Positions 32,101-40,200 of a DNA stretch of 46,293 bases are shown piece after piece. How positions within the stretch are numbered: position 1 is the first letter of the stretch; every line of letters starts with the position of its first letter. The stretch lies in assembly GCA_937919035.1 (NCBI GenBank), contig CALFPI010000701.1, positions 1-46,293 of the forward strand, in the 5' to 3' direction. The notes beneath the pieces are model-generated. The model searched no databases. It had not been told where the DNA came from and worked only from the letters and a program-made list of their open reading frames with translations. The translations under genes and the position numbers were made by a program. Source of the DNA: an uncultured Gemmatimonadaceae bacterium. GTDB taxonomy: Bacteria > Latescibacterota > UBA2968 > UBA8231.

Positions 32101-35100
32101 GGCCATGCGCACATGGACTCGTCATCCAGTAGCACGATGTGCGGGATTTTTTCTTCGCGCATCGCCAGTTCGTGCTCCTGGAGGAGCCCCGAGGTCGTGA
32201 TCAAGTGGGCTACCTGGCTGTCCTGAAGCATGTAACGGATCCGGTCCGCCGGATACTGCGCGTCGATCGGCAGGAAGGCCCCACCCGCTTTGAGAACGCC
32301 GAGCATGGATGCGAGAAAGTCGATGTTCCGGGGTTCGAGGATCGCGACGAATTGATTCGGTTGCAGATTGCTGGCGCGCAATGACCAGGCGATCCGATTT
32401 GCCCTGACATTCAAGTCGGCGTAGCGGAGGCTGTTGCCGCCGTGGACGGCCGCCGTACGATCCGGATGATCCCGGGCGATCTGCTCGAACAAGGCGTGGA
32501 GTGGGCGCTCCACCGGGTACGACCGGCGGGGTCCGGAAAACTCCACCAGCAATCGGCGCTCTGCGCTGGCGTCGAGCAGTGGGAAATCGGCAAGCCGTTG
32601 TGAGTCGTCCTCGGCAACTCCCCGCAGGAGCGTCGTAAGATGCTCTGCCATGCATTTTATGGTGGATTCGTCAAACAGATCGGTGCTGAACTCGAACACC
32701 CCGAGCAGCCCCCCCTCAGTCTCCCACATATCCAGCACAATATCAAATTGTGCTGTCGTGCGTTGAAGATCCAGTACCGAAAAGGAGAGATCTGGAATCT
32801 CAAGTCTGTCTTCGGGCGCGTTCTGCAGAGCGAACATGACCTGAAAGAGGGGGTTACGACTCAGGTCACGTTCCGGCTGCAGATCGTCAACGATCTTTTC
32901 AAAGGGGTAGTCCTGGTTGGCGAAGGCATCGAGGCAGGCCTTCCGGACGCGTCCAACGAGCTCGCCGAAGGACGGATTCCCCGAGAGATCGGTCCGCAGG
33001 GCCAGCGTATTGACGAAGAATCCGATGAGTGGTTCCAGTTCGTCGCGATTGCGATTGGCCACGGGGGAACCGACGATGATGTCCTCCTGCGCCGTGTAGC
33101 GATAGAGCAGGAGGTTGAAGGCTGCTTGCAGCACCATGAACATCGTCGCGTCCAGGCGCCGGCAAAGCTGGGTGAGGCGCTGTGTCGTGTTCGCGTCCAC
33201 CTCGAAACGGAAGGAGCTTCCGCGGAAGGACTGGGATGGGGGCCGGGATCGATCGGTGGGAAGTTTCAACTCCGTCGGGAAGCCACTCAGTTGCCGTCGC
33301 CAGTAGGACAGTTGGTTGCCCGCCGGGTCGCCTTCGAACCACTTCTTCTGCCATCTCGAGAAGTCGGCATATTGAATCGGCAGCTGGGCCAGCAGCGCCG
33401 GTTCGCCCGTCGTGAAGTGCCTGTAGTGGGCGACCAGTTCGCGCACGAGCACACCCAGCGACCAGCCGTCCGAAACGATGTGGTGCATCGTGACGAGAAG
33501 GACGTACTCCTCGGTGCCGGTGACAAGCAATCGGGCCCGCAGCAGGGGGGCCTTGGTGAGATCGAAGACGATACGCGCCTCCGCGTGGGCCCTGCGGATG
33601 AGTTCCCCTTCCAGGTCATCGACGTGACGCAGGTCGGCGACGGGAATCTGGATCTCGATCCCGTCGTCAAGATGTGCCAGAGCCCGTCCATCCACCTCTT
33701 CGAAGGAGACTCGCAGGGCCTCGTGCCTGGCCACCACAGCGGTCAAACTCCGCTCCAGGGCGGCTACATCCAGGGGTCCGGTGATGCGGTGGGCGAAGGC
33801 GATATTGTAGTACGGATTGTCGGGCTCGAGGCGATCGAGGAACCAGAGCCGCTCCTGGGCGAAGGAGAGTTCGTCCGCCTGTCCTGGCTGCCGCTGAATG
33901 GCGGCGATCTCACCTTGTGAGGTCTCCCTCTTCTGACCATGGAGTTGATCGATGCGCGCACTCAGATCCCGGATCGTCGAGTAGCGGAACAGATCGTGGA
34001 TCGGCAGGTCGAGTCCGTACTGCCGCCGGATCCGAGAGATGACCTGCGTCGCCAGCAGCGAATTTCCACCGATGTCGAAAAAGCTGTCGGCCGTGCTGCC
34101 CGCATCGCGGCCGAGCACCTCCCGCCACAACTCCCACAGCTTCTGTTCCGTGTCGCTTGCCGGTGCCGCCGGCGGCGTCTGTAGGGCCGACGTTGAGGGC
34201 ACGGGAAGTCTGGCGCGGTCCACCTTGCCGTTTGCACTCAGAGGCAGCGCGTCGAGGATGGTCAGGGAGGCGGGTGTCAGGTGCGCCGGAAGTTTCTGGT
34301 CGATGTATATCCGCAGTGCTTCGACCAACTCGGCGTCCGTCGGCCGTGGACGGTCGGTGTCCTGTCCTCTGACGACGTAGGCGGCCAGCTCCTTCTGGCC
34401 GAAATCCTGACGAGCGACAACGACGCACGCACGCAGGCCCGGATGCTGCACCAGCACCGCTTCGACCTCTCCGGGCTCGATGCGGAAGCCCCGGATCTTC
34501 ACCTGGTCATCCAATCTTCCGATGAATTCGATGCTGCCATCTTCCAGATGACGGACCAGGTCGCCCGTCCGGTACAGAGGATCGTCGGCTCGGCTCGAAA
34601 AGGGGTTGCGAATCAGTTTCTGCCGATTCAGCTCCGGTTGATTTTTGTACCCGAGAAACAGTCCGTCGCCGCCGACCAGGAGTTCACCGGTAACGCCTGG
34701 GGGAACCAACCGCAGATTCCGGTCGACGATGAAGACGCGGGTGTTGGCGATCGGACGCCCGATGGGAATCGAGCGATCTGTCCAGTCTTCCCGAGGGATG
34801 GTAAAACAGCAGGTGAAGGTCGTGTTTTCCGTGGGGCCGTAGCCGTTGATCAGGCGGGTCTCGGGCAAGGCCTCCAGCGCCTTCTGCACGTGCGGCACCG
34901 AGAGCACGTCGCCGCCCGCCAGCAACTGGCGGAGTCCCCGCAAGTCGTCGATGCGCTCGTCCACCATCAGGTTGAACAGACCGGACGTGAGCCAGAGGGT
35001 TGTGACCCCGTGGCTCCTGATCTGTTCTCCCAGCTGGTCCAGGGACAAGGCTTGTGGTGGCGGCATGACGAGCGTGCCGCCGTTGAGCAGAGGTCCCCAG

Positions 35101-37277
35101 ATCTCCAGTGTCGACGCATCGAAGGTCACGGGAGCAAACTGAAGAAAGACCTCCGTTTCGGAGAACGCCATGAAGTCGGTCTCTCGTACCAGGCGAACGA
35201 CTGCACGGTGCGGAATCTGGGCGCCCTTGGGCGATCCTGTCGAGCCCGAGGTATACATGATGTAGGCGACCTGATCGGCCGGCGTATGAAGTTCGGGATG
35301 GGCAGCGCCATCGACGCATGCGTCCAAGCTGTCGCACAAGATCTCAACCTGCCCATCGGAGGCGGCCTCTGCGACCCGCGGACGCGTCTCGGAATCCGTC
35401 ACCACGAGGCCAATCTCCGCGTCGTCCAACATGAATTGGAGGCGCTCACGGGGATACTCCGGGTCGAGTGGCACATAGGCGCCGCCCGATTTGAGAATCG
35501 CGAGAATTGCTGCGATCAGGTCGAAGCAGCGTCGAAGGCAGATCCCGACGGGCATGCCCGGGGTCACACCACGGGCACGCAGGATGTGGGCGATCCGATT
35601 GGCCCGATCGTTCAACTGGCGGTAGGTCAAAGATTGCGCATCGGAGACCAACGCGAGCGCATCAGGATGCTGCGCCGCTTGCTCCTCAAAGAGGCTGTGG
35701 ATGGAGCGCTCCCTTGGATAGGGAATCGATCTCCCGCTCCACCGAGAGATCGCGCTTTCATCCTCTTTCGCCAGCAGCCGGAGCTCGTCCAGCCGGGCAT
35801 CGGGAGACTCGGCGATGGCATGAAGCATCTGCTGGAAGCAGTCGCAGTAGCGGCGGGCGGTTGCGGGCCGGAACAGGTCGCTGCTGTATTCGAGAAGTCC
35901 GCTCAGCGTATCGTTTCTGTTCTCGATCAGCAGTGTCAGATCATGTTTCGAAGTGACGCCGTCCATCTCGAGAGGGGTGACGTGGAGACCCGGGAGATCG
36001 ATCGCTGCGGGCGGATCCTCCTGGTAGCCGAAGACGACCTGGAAGATCGGCGTGTGGCTCGGATTCCGGTCCGGATTCAGTTTCTCGACCAGCTTCTCAA
36101 AGGGCAGGTGTTGGTGCGCATAGGCATCGGCCAGGGTGCGCTTCACGCGAGCCAGGAACTCCCGAAACGTAGGATTCCCGGAGAGCTGGCAGCGTAACGG
36201 CAGGGTGTTGACGAAGAACCCGACCAACGGTTCGAGCTCTCGCCGCGTGCGGCCCGCAACCGGTGAGCCGATGACGATATCGTCCTGCCCGCTGATCCGG
36301 TACAGAAAGGCGGAAAAGGCTGCCAGCAGGACCATGAAACGAGTCGACTCGGCCCTTCGAGCCAGGTCGCGCAGTTGGGCCGAAAGAGCTGGGCTGATTT
36401 CGAAGGGCACCGTAGCGCCACGCGAAGATCGGACGGGCGGCCGGTGATGATCGGCGGGCAGGTCGAGGACCGCCGGTGCGTGTTCCAGTTGCCTGACCCA
36501 GTAGGAGAGCTCGGGCTCGAGGCCGCCCTCCTCTGCGGTCTGCCGCTGCCACCAGGCGTAATCCGCATACTGGAGCGAACGTTCCCGCAGCGGCAGCGGG
36601 GCTGCCGAGGTCAGCGTTCTATACAGCTCTTCCAGTTCTCTGACGATGATCGCCATCGACCAGCCGTCGGCGACGATATGATGAATTGTCAGGAGCAGAA
36701 CATGGCGATCCGGATCGAGCCGGAGCACCCGACCGCGGATGACGGGACCGGTTCGCAGGTCGAAGGGCTCGTCGAATTCTCTGGCAGCTCTGCGGCGGGC
36801 CTCGTCCAACTTGGGTTCCGGCAGATGACTAAGGTCCTCGAGCGGCAGATCCAAAGCCCGCTCGGTCCCGATCTGCTGCACCGGAACCCCCTCAGAGACG
36901 TCGAACGTTGTGCGCAGCGTTTCATGACGCCCGACGATTTCGTCGAGGGCCTGCTTCAACGCCTCGAGCCGAAGATTGCCGGTGAGGATGAGTGCCGCGG
37001 GGATATTGTAGGCCGCGTCACTTCGATCCATTTCGTGGAGCACCCACAGCCTCTCCTGTGCGAAGGAAAGGGGTAGATCGCGGTCGCGAGCGACGGGAAC
37101 CAGGCCGTCCTCGGCACGCGCCCGGGAGCCCTGGCCGCGCCCCGATCTCGCCAGCAACCTGCTGATTGCCAGCTGCCTCTTTTCAGGCGAAAGTCGCTCG
37201 AGTCGGGCGTGGAGCTCGGGGGTCAGGTCCGGGGCCCCGAGGGCGCCGTCGAAATCCGGTTCTGTAGAACTCGACAT
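26151..37277 (-). CDS. Nonribosomal peptide synthetase, three modules: C-A-T, C-A(MT)-T, C-A-T
   Basis: 3708-aa ORF with ATG start at 37277-37275, 8 nt after the upstream TAA. Three HHxxxD motifs, three A3 motifs, three carrier motifs, and one embedded MT. Confidence 0.95.
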   Translation of the reverse strand: MSSSTEPDFDGALGAPDLTPELHARLERLSPEKRQLAISRLLARSGRGQGSRARAEDGLVPVARDRDLPLSFAQERLWVLHEMDRSDAAYNIPAALILTGNLRLEALKQALDEIVGRHETLRTTFDVSEGVPVQQIGTERALDLPLEDLSHLPEPKLDEARRRAAREFDEPFDLRTGPVIRGRVLRLDPDRHVLLLTIHHIVADGWSMAIIVRELEELYRTLTSAAPLPLRERSLQYADYAWWQRQTAEEGGLEPELSYWVRQLEHAPAVLDLPADHHRPPVRSSRGATVPFEISPALSAQLRDLARRAESTRFMVLLAAFSAFLYRISGQDDIVIGSPVAGRTRRELEPLVGFFVNTLPLRCQLSGNPTFREFLARVKRTLADAYAHQHLPFEKLVEKLNPDRNPSHTPIFQVVFGYQEDPPAAIDLPGLHVTPLEMDGVTSKHDLTLLIENRNDTLSGLLEYSSDLFRPATARRYCDCFQQMLHAIAESPDARLDELRLLAKEDESAISRWSGRSIPYPRERSIHSLFEEQAAQHPDALALVSDAQSLTYRQLNDRANRIAHILRARGVTPGMPVGICLRRCFDLIAAILAILKSGGAYVPLDPEYPRERLQFMLDDAEIGLVVTDSETRPRVAEAASDGQVEILCDSLDACVDGAAHPELHTPADQVAYIMYTSGSTGSPKGAQIPHRAVVRLVRETDFMAFSETEVFLQFAPVTFDASTLEIWGPLLNGGTLVMPPPQALSLDQLGEQIRSHGVTTLWLTSGLFNLMVDERIDDLRGLRQLLAGGDVLSVPHVQKALEALPETRLINGYGPTENTTFTCCFTIPREDWTDRSIPIGRPIANTRVFIVDRNLRLVPPGVTGELLVGGDGLFLGYKNQPELNRQKLIRNPFSSRADDPLYRTGDLVRHLEDGSIEFIGRLDDQVKIRGFRIEPGEVEAVLVQHPGLRACVVVARQDFGQKELAAYVVRGQDTDRPRPTDAELVEALRIYIDQKLPAHLTPASLTILDALPLSANGKVDRARLPVPSTSALQTPPAAPASDTEQKLWELWREVLGRDAGSTADSFFDIGGNSLLATQVISRIRRQYGLDLPIHDLFRYSTIRDLSARIDQLHGQKRETSQGEIAAIQRQPGQADELSFAQERLWFLDRLEPDNPYYNIAFAHRITGPLDVAALERSLTAVVARHEALRVSFEEVDGRALAHLDDGIEIQIPVADLRHVDDLEGELIRRAHAEARIVFDLTKAPLLRARLLVTGTEEYVLLVTMHHIVSDGWSLGVLVRELVAHYRHFTTGEPALLAQLPIQYADFSRWQKKWFEGDPAGNQLSYWRRQLSGFPTELKLPTDRSRPPSQSFRGSSFRFEVDANTTQRLTQLCRRLDATMFMVLQAAFNLLLYRYTAQEDIIVGSPVANRNRDELEPLIGFFVNTLALRTDLSGNPSFGELVGRVRKACLDAFANQDYPFEKIVDDLQPERDLSRNPLFQVMFALQNAPEDRLEIPDLSFSVLDLQRTTAQFDIVLDMWETEGGLLGVFEFSTDLFDESTIKCMAEHLTTLLRGVAEDDSQRLADFPLLDASAERRLLVEFSGPRRSYPVERPLHALFEQIARDHPDRTAAVHGGNSLRYADLNVRANRIAWSLRASNLQPNQFVAILEPRNIDFLASMLGVLKAGGAFLPIDAQYPADRIRYMLQDSQVAHLITTSGLLQEHELAMREEKIPHIVLLDDESMCAWPSQNPDQVNTSGDLAYMIYTSGSTGKPKGAMVRHDGAVNHIFGEFELLGFEPDTAFLQSAPASSDISIWQFLGPVLKGARTVVADFETVCDPARLFDLIKREGITLIELVPVLLQGLLEHARGMRADERSLPHLQCAMVTGEAVTVSLVNLWLDTYPGIRLVNAYGPTEASDDTCQFVVVDKLPADGRSVPIGKPIPNMNHYVVDSHLNLVPIGVPGEICVSGIGVGEGYWNDEERTRECFVPNPHVPAGADAATHKVLYRTGDRGFWRADGNLEYVERLDTQVKVRGFRIELGEIESLLADHPAVRETAVCVHEDEDGDRRLAAYFVPNLSSTQTREALAALRNEQVQLWQELHENSYQNTVTDGDPTFNTIGWDSNYTGAPLPVQDMREYVDYTVERVRSLRPGRVLEVGCGTGLVMFPLLPHCRSYTGMDLSRVAIDQLIGLRARSDLQEAVPGLAEAELQQRPAHDLSGFAPAAFDTVILPSVVQYFPGIQYFTQVLGALLPVLHQGGAIFVGDVRSACLLEVFHASVQLYKAGNDQATADLLRRTQQRVEAEQEMSIDPGFFLSLKDRFARISHVEILPKRGKSLNEMTRFRYDVLIHLDGSPAQVPKTLWQDWEQHPYSAEGIAAVLRAERPPLLAVRNICNARVASDVRALALMRSHLVYPDKAALIDAAGDSAVAGLDPEDLWSISRDLPYQVQLSMAGADEDGRLDALFVRTETGVATPVYSMPGPAEIRPDSHWANNPLQQRLAQRIIPQLRELLRTKVPAYMVPSDFVLLSRMPLTPAGKIDRTALPEPAGAQQAKADGHRAPRTATERRLAEIWTLVLDIETPDIGANFFDLGGHSLKATQVASRIHREFGVEIPLRDLFSLPTIEQLATHVEGLDATTYKPIASAAPADHYPLSHAQRRLWILAQLEATSSAYNMPVSLLLEGSLDRVALGQALQELAQRHESLRTRFVIVDDDPRQTIDEHLHLGPEFVDLTSVEDPDAQARELAHLHAREPFDLARGPLVRMSILKLAEGRHVLLFNMHHIIADDWSMGVLVREVGVLYDAFRRGLRPALRDLRVQYKDYAVWQNQRLATGQDEPARTFWLSQFSVPAAVLNLPTDEPRPPVKTYRGRSVTHMLDAETADGLRAFNREHGASLFMTLITCVNVLLYRYTGEQDITIGLPTAGRAHVDLEELIGFFINTLPFRMHVEPESTLLELVSRASEQVTACLEQQMYPADRLIDELNLRRDMSRSPLYDVTVTLQNVESYELSLPEIVLSPFVDDYDMSKFDLSFNFQEVGSGLRLDITYNSDLFLQERVDRITRHFAQVVKGLLQNSTQRIAEIDILPPAERAQVLGWRNAAVDMSGAPESLTAWFERQASQTPDHTALVEAVESAQQPPLTYRELNEQSNQLARCLIGQGIQSGDLVGLYLERSMEVVVSILAILKAGAAYVPLDPMYPDERVAFMIRDAQIGHIVTGAGRAERLGLGASVQVVDLDLDAASIRECASGNLGCGSGAHDPAYVIYTSGSTGQPKGVIVTHANVTRLFRSTENWFAFDETDTWTLFHSYSFDFSVWEIWGALLYGGRLVVLPQQLSRSPVDLLELLERNKVTVLNQTPSAFQQLIAADVDAESRHTLALRYVIFGGEALDYERLRPWFEHRGDTSPTLVNMYGITETTVHVTYRPIRLRDLDRSGSLIGAPLPDLRLYIVDPFGNPSPLGVPGEIWVAGKGVAQGYLRREELTQEKFAVDPFFAAGQQRLYRSGDLARFLPDGDIEYLGRIDSQVQIRGFRVELGEIETRLAAHSSVRAAVVVADERGTDSRLLAYCLAVTQQPAVAGDLRRFLAASLPEYMIPSHFVFLDAFPLTINGKLDRRSLPAPEDLDDPADNYVAAANSTEMIIAAAFARVLGVDQVSRDANFFDLGAHSMSIVSVHRHLQQEHGMDLSILSFYEFPTVVSLAAHIAGGPSGEVADIGREATGRAELRRRSRQRRRG
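26244..26450 (-). other. Thiolation domain T3 (hands over to the downstream KS)
   Basis: FFDLGAHSMSIVSV, followed by a tail ending ELRRRSRQRRRG. Confidence 0.8.
26502..28022 (-). other. Adenylation domain A3, Thr code
   Basis: A3 PAYVIYTSGSTGQPKG, FDFSVWEIW, LNQTPS, IFGGEA, NMYGITETTVHV, A10 NGKLDR. Code DFWNIGMVHK matches the Thr signature exactly. Confidence 0.85.
28098..29399 (-). other. Condensation domain C3 (LCL-like)
   Basis: LSHAQRRLWILAQ, QRHESLRTRF, active-site variant HHIIADDWS. Confidence 0.85.
29454..29657 (-). other. Thiolation domain T2
   Basis: FFDLGGHSLKATQV. Confidence 0.85.
29703..32501 (-). other. Adenylation domain A2 interrupted by a methyltransferase, substrate unassigned
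   Basis: A3 LAYMIYTSGSTGKPKG, SDISIWQF, MVTGEA, NAYGPTEASDD, A8 ERLDTQVKVRGFRIELGEIE, about 470 aa, then A9 VPAYMVP and A10 AGKIDR. Code DIWEMTADDK. Confidence 0.85.
29823..31100 (-). other. Methyltransferase domain embedded between A8 and A9 (N-MT-like)
   Basis: NTIGWDSNYTGAPLPVQDMREYVDYTVERV, then motif I VLEVGCGTGL (checked at 30852-30881). Confidence 0.85.
32583..33878 (-). other. Condensation domain C2 (LCL-like)
   Basis: LSFAQERLWFLDR, ARHEALRVSF, HHIVSDGWS. Confidence 0.85.
33954..34154 (-). other. Thiolation domain T1
   Basis: FFDIGGNSLLATQV. Confidence 0.85.
34203..35705 (-). other. Adenylation domain A1, Val-like code
   Basis: A3 VAYIMYTSGSTGSPKG, FDASTLEIW, NGYGPTENTTFT, A10 NGKVDR. 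Code DALWLGGTFK has two mismatches to the Val signature DAFWIGGTFK. Confidence 0.75.
35778..37082 (-). other. Condensation domain C1 (LCL-like)
   Basis: LSFAQERLWVLHE, GRHETLRTTF, HHIVADGWS. Confidence 0.85.
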
Positions 37278-37285
37278 GTCTCGAT

Positions 37286-40200
37286 TTACCGACGCAGGTC
37301 CCGGAGTTGTCGACGATGGAGCTGGTCTCTGGCTTCTTCTTCCGTCATGGTCTCGACTTCGGACAGAATGTCCTCCAGATCGTCATCCTCCTCGTTGACT
37401 CCGAGTCCAGCCTGGCGCTCGACGGCCAACGCCAACTCCTCGACCGTGGCCTTGTCAAACAGAATGCCTACGGGCAGTTCCACATGCAGATCCTCGGCGA
37501 TACGGCCAATTGCCTGGGCAGCCAGCAGGGAATGGCCCCCCAGTCGAAAGAAGTTGTCGTGGATTCCGATACGATCCAGACCCAGCAGCTGAGACCAGAT
37601 CGACACCAGCCGCTGCTCGACCGTTGTTCGGGGAGCCACGTATTCCAGGTCGACGCTCTCCCGCGCCAGCCGCAGTGCGGCGAGAGCGCTGCGGTCGACT
37701 TTGCCGTTTCGGGTGAGGGGGAGTTCGTCGATCGGCACGTAAAAGGTCGGGACCATGGCCTCGGAGAGGCGCGCCGCAAGGTGCGCTCGCAGGTCCTCGC
37801 TCTCCACCGCTGTGTCCGCTACGTAGTAGGCAGCCAGGACGGGTTCGGATCGCTTCTGATCCTTGCCATTTTCGTCGTAACCGATTTCGGCCAGCATGCG
37901 CCGGACTTCGTCGACATCGATCCTGTCATCGAGTTCCTCGAGGGCGGCGTCGCGTTTTTTGTGTCCCATGCGGACGTCCCAGGCATAGGGCATGGCATAG
38001 TTATGGTAACGGCGTTCCTTCTGGTGGATGTAGATCCCGACATCGTTGATCCTGCAGTTGGTAGAGCGTCCGGTGTCGGATGGTCTCACCCACGGAAGCT
38101 TGCTGTCCAGATAGGCGTAGACTTCATCCAGGTCGACATCACAGTAGCGATAGAAGTCGAGGATCCGGACCGTCTCGAAGGTCTGGTCGTCCTTGAAGGC
38201 CGTCACGTCGAGCCGTCGTGACACCTCGTCGTCGAGCCGGTGATAGACCTTGCGGGCTTCCTTGATGAACCGGTCGACCGTCTCGGCACGAAAATCGTCG
38301 GACCGGTAGAAGTTTGACAGTCTCGTCTCGAACTGCTGTCCGCGACTCAGGCCGGTAACGATGCACGGAATGCCCTCACTGCGAGCGAGGTTCATGCTGA
38401 GGGTGTAAAGAGTCTTGAAACAGCCATTGCACACATTGCTGTGTCTTGTCAGGCTGTCGGCAAAGATCGCATTCATGTGAGGCGTTGTGCCGAAGACGTG
38501 GTCGACACCGAGAGCCTCGACGACGCGGCTGATGTTGTCCTTCGCCTGCTCGGATATGTATCCGTTGTCCAGAGTGTAGGCGAGAATCCTCAGGTCCATG
38601 TCGACGAGTCTGGCCAAGGCATAGGTGCTGTCCTTGCCGCCGCTGAACAACACGATGCAGTCGTATTTTCCCGTCGAACTCTCGCGGGCGCCGCGGAGGA
38701 TCGACTCGAGTTCGCCCATGGCCGTGAAGTAAGGAGCCACCTTGTGCCGGTACTGCTCGTAGGCTCGGCACTGGTTGCAGTGCCCGCGCTCGTCGAAGGT
38801 CGTTCCGGGATAGTTGGAAGCGAGTCCACACTGCACGCAGTGGTCGAGGTCACGTGAATCGTCATGGGTGGTGCTCATCTGGACGACATCCACGACGCAT
38901 TCGCGCACGCTGTCGTGGGCGCTGAGCTGGGCTTCGATCTCCCCCAGTTCGACTCGAACACCGCGGATCTTCACCTGCCGATCGACACGGCCACAGTACT
39001 CCATGACGCCTTCGTTGCGCCATCGTGCCAGATCTCCGGTGCGGTACATGCGGGCTCCGGGCACAAAGGGGTCCGGCGAGAAACGCTCCTGAGTCAGGTC
39101 CTGCCGGTGGAGGTAGCCCCTGGCGACGCCGTCACCGGAGATATACATCTCGCCAACGGCCCCCGGCGGAACCGGAATGTGGTTGTCGTCCAACAGGTAG
39201 ATCCGCGCATTGTCCGCAGGCACGCCGATCGGCACGGAGGCGGCCGTATCCATTGCCGGGTCGTAGCGGTGAATCATGCAGCCTACCGTCGCCTCCGTCG
39301 GGCCGTACTCATTGTAGATCTCGATGTTGCCGCCGAAGGCCTCGTGGATCCTGCGAGCGAGATCGGTCTTCAGATCCTCGCCTCCCACGATCAGTTTTCT
39401 CACCCTCGAGTCCTTCAAATCGAGGTCCTTGATGAGTGCCAGGTGGGCTGGTGTGAGCTTCACGATGTCCGCAGTCTTGTCCTGAAAGACCTGCAGGATC
39501 GTCGGCACCCGGTTCTCGTCCTGCTCGCCGTAGACGATGATCCGGCCACCCGAGATCAGCGGCGTGAACAGGGAGGTAACGGTCAGATCGAAGGAGACCG
39601 AGGTGTAGAGCGGGAAATCCATCCTCTTCCCGGCGACGTATTTCTTCGCCCACCAGACATAATTGGTCAGCCCACCGTGTTCCACGATGACGCCCTTCGG
39701 CTCGCCCGTGGAGCCGGATGTATAGATCACATAGGCCGGGTCTGAAGTCTCGATGGCACAATCCAGGTTATCCGTCGCGCCAGCCAGGGCGGCGCCGTCG
39801 GAGACGTCCAGCATGCGCCCCTGGTATGCGGCCAGACCGGGGCGGCGGCCGAGTGCATCGGCACGGGTCAGCAGCAGATCCAGGCGGCTGCCTGCCAGGA
39901 TTTGACCGATGCGACCGTCCGGATAGGAGGCGTCGATGGGGAGATAGGCGGCGCCGGCCTTCATGATGCCCAGCAGACCGACGAGCAGGTCGATGGAGCG
40001 CTCGAGCATGACCCCTACGATGGCTCCTCGGCCGACGCCGTGGGACTGCAGCAGCCGCCCCATGCGGTTGGCGCGGCCGTTGAGCTCGCGGTACGTCGCC
40101 GTACTGCCTTCATAGACGATCGCGACGTCATCCGGGGTCTGCTCAACCTGGCGTTCAAAGAGACGCGTCACGGTGACCGATCTCGGGTAATCGACACGCG

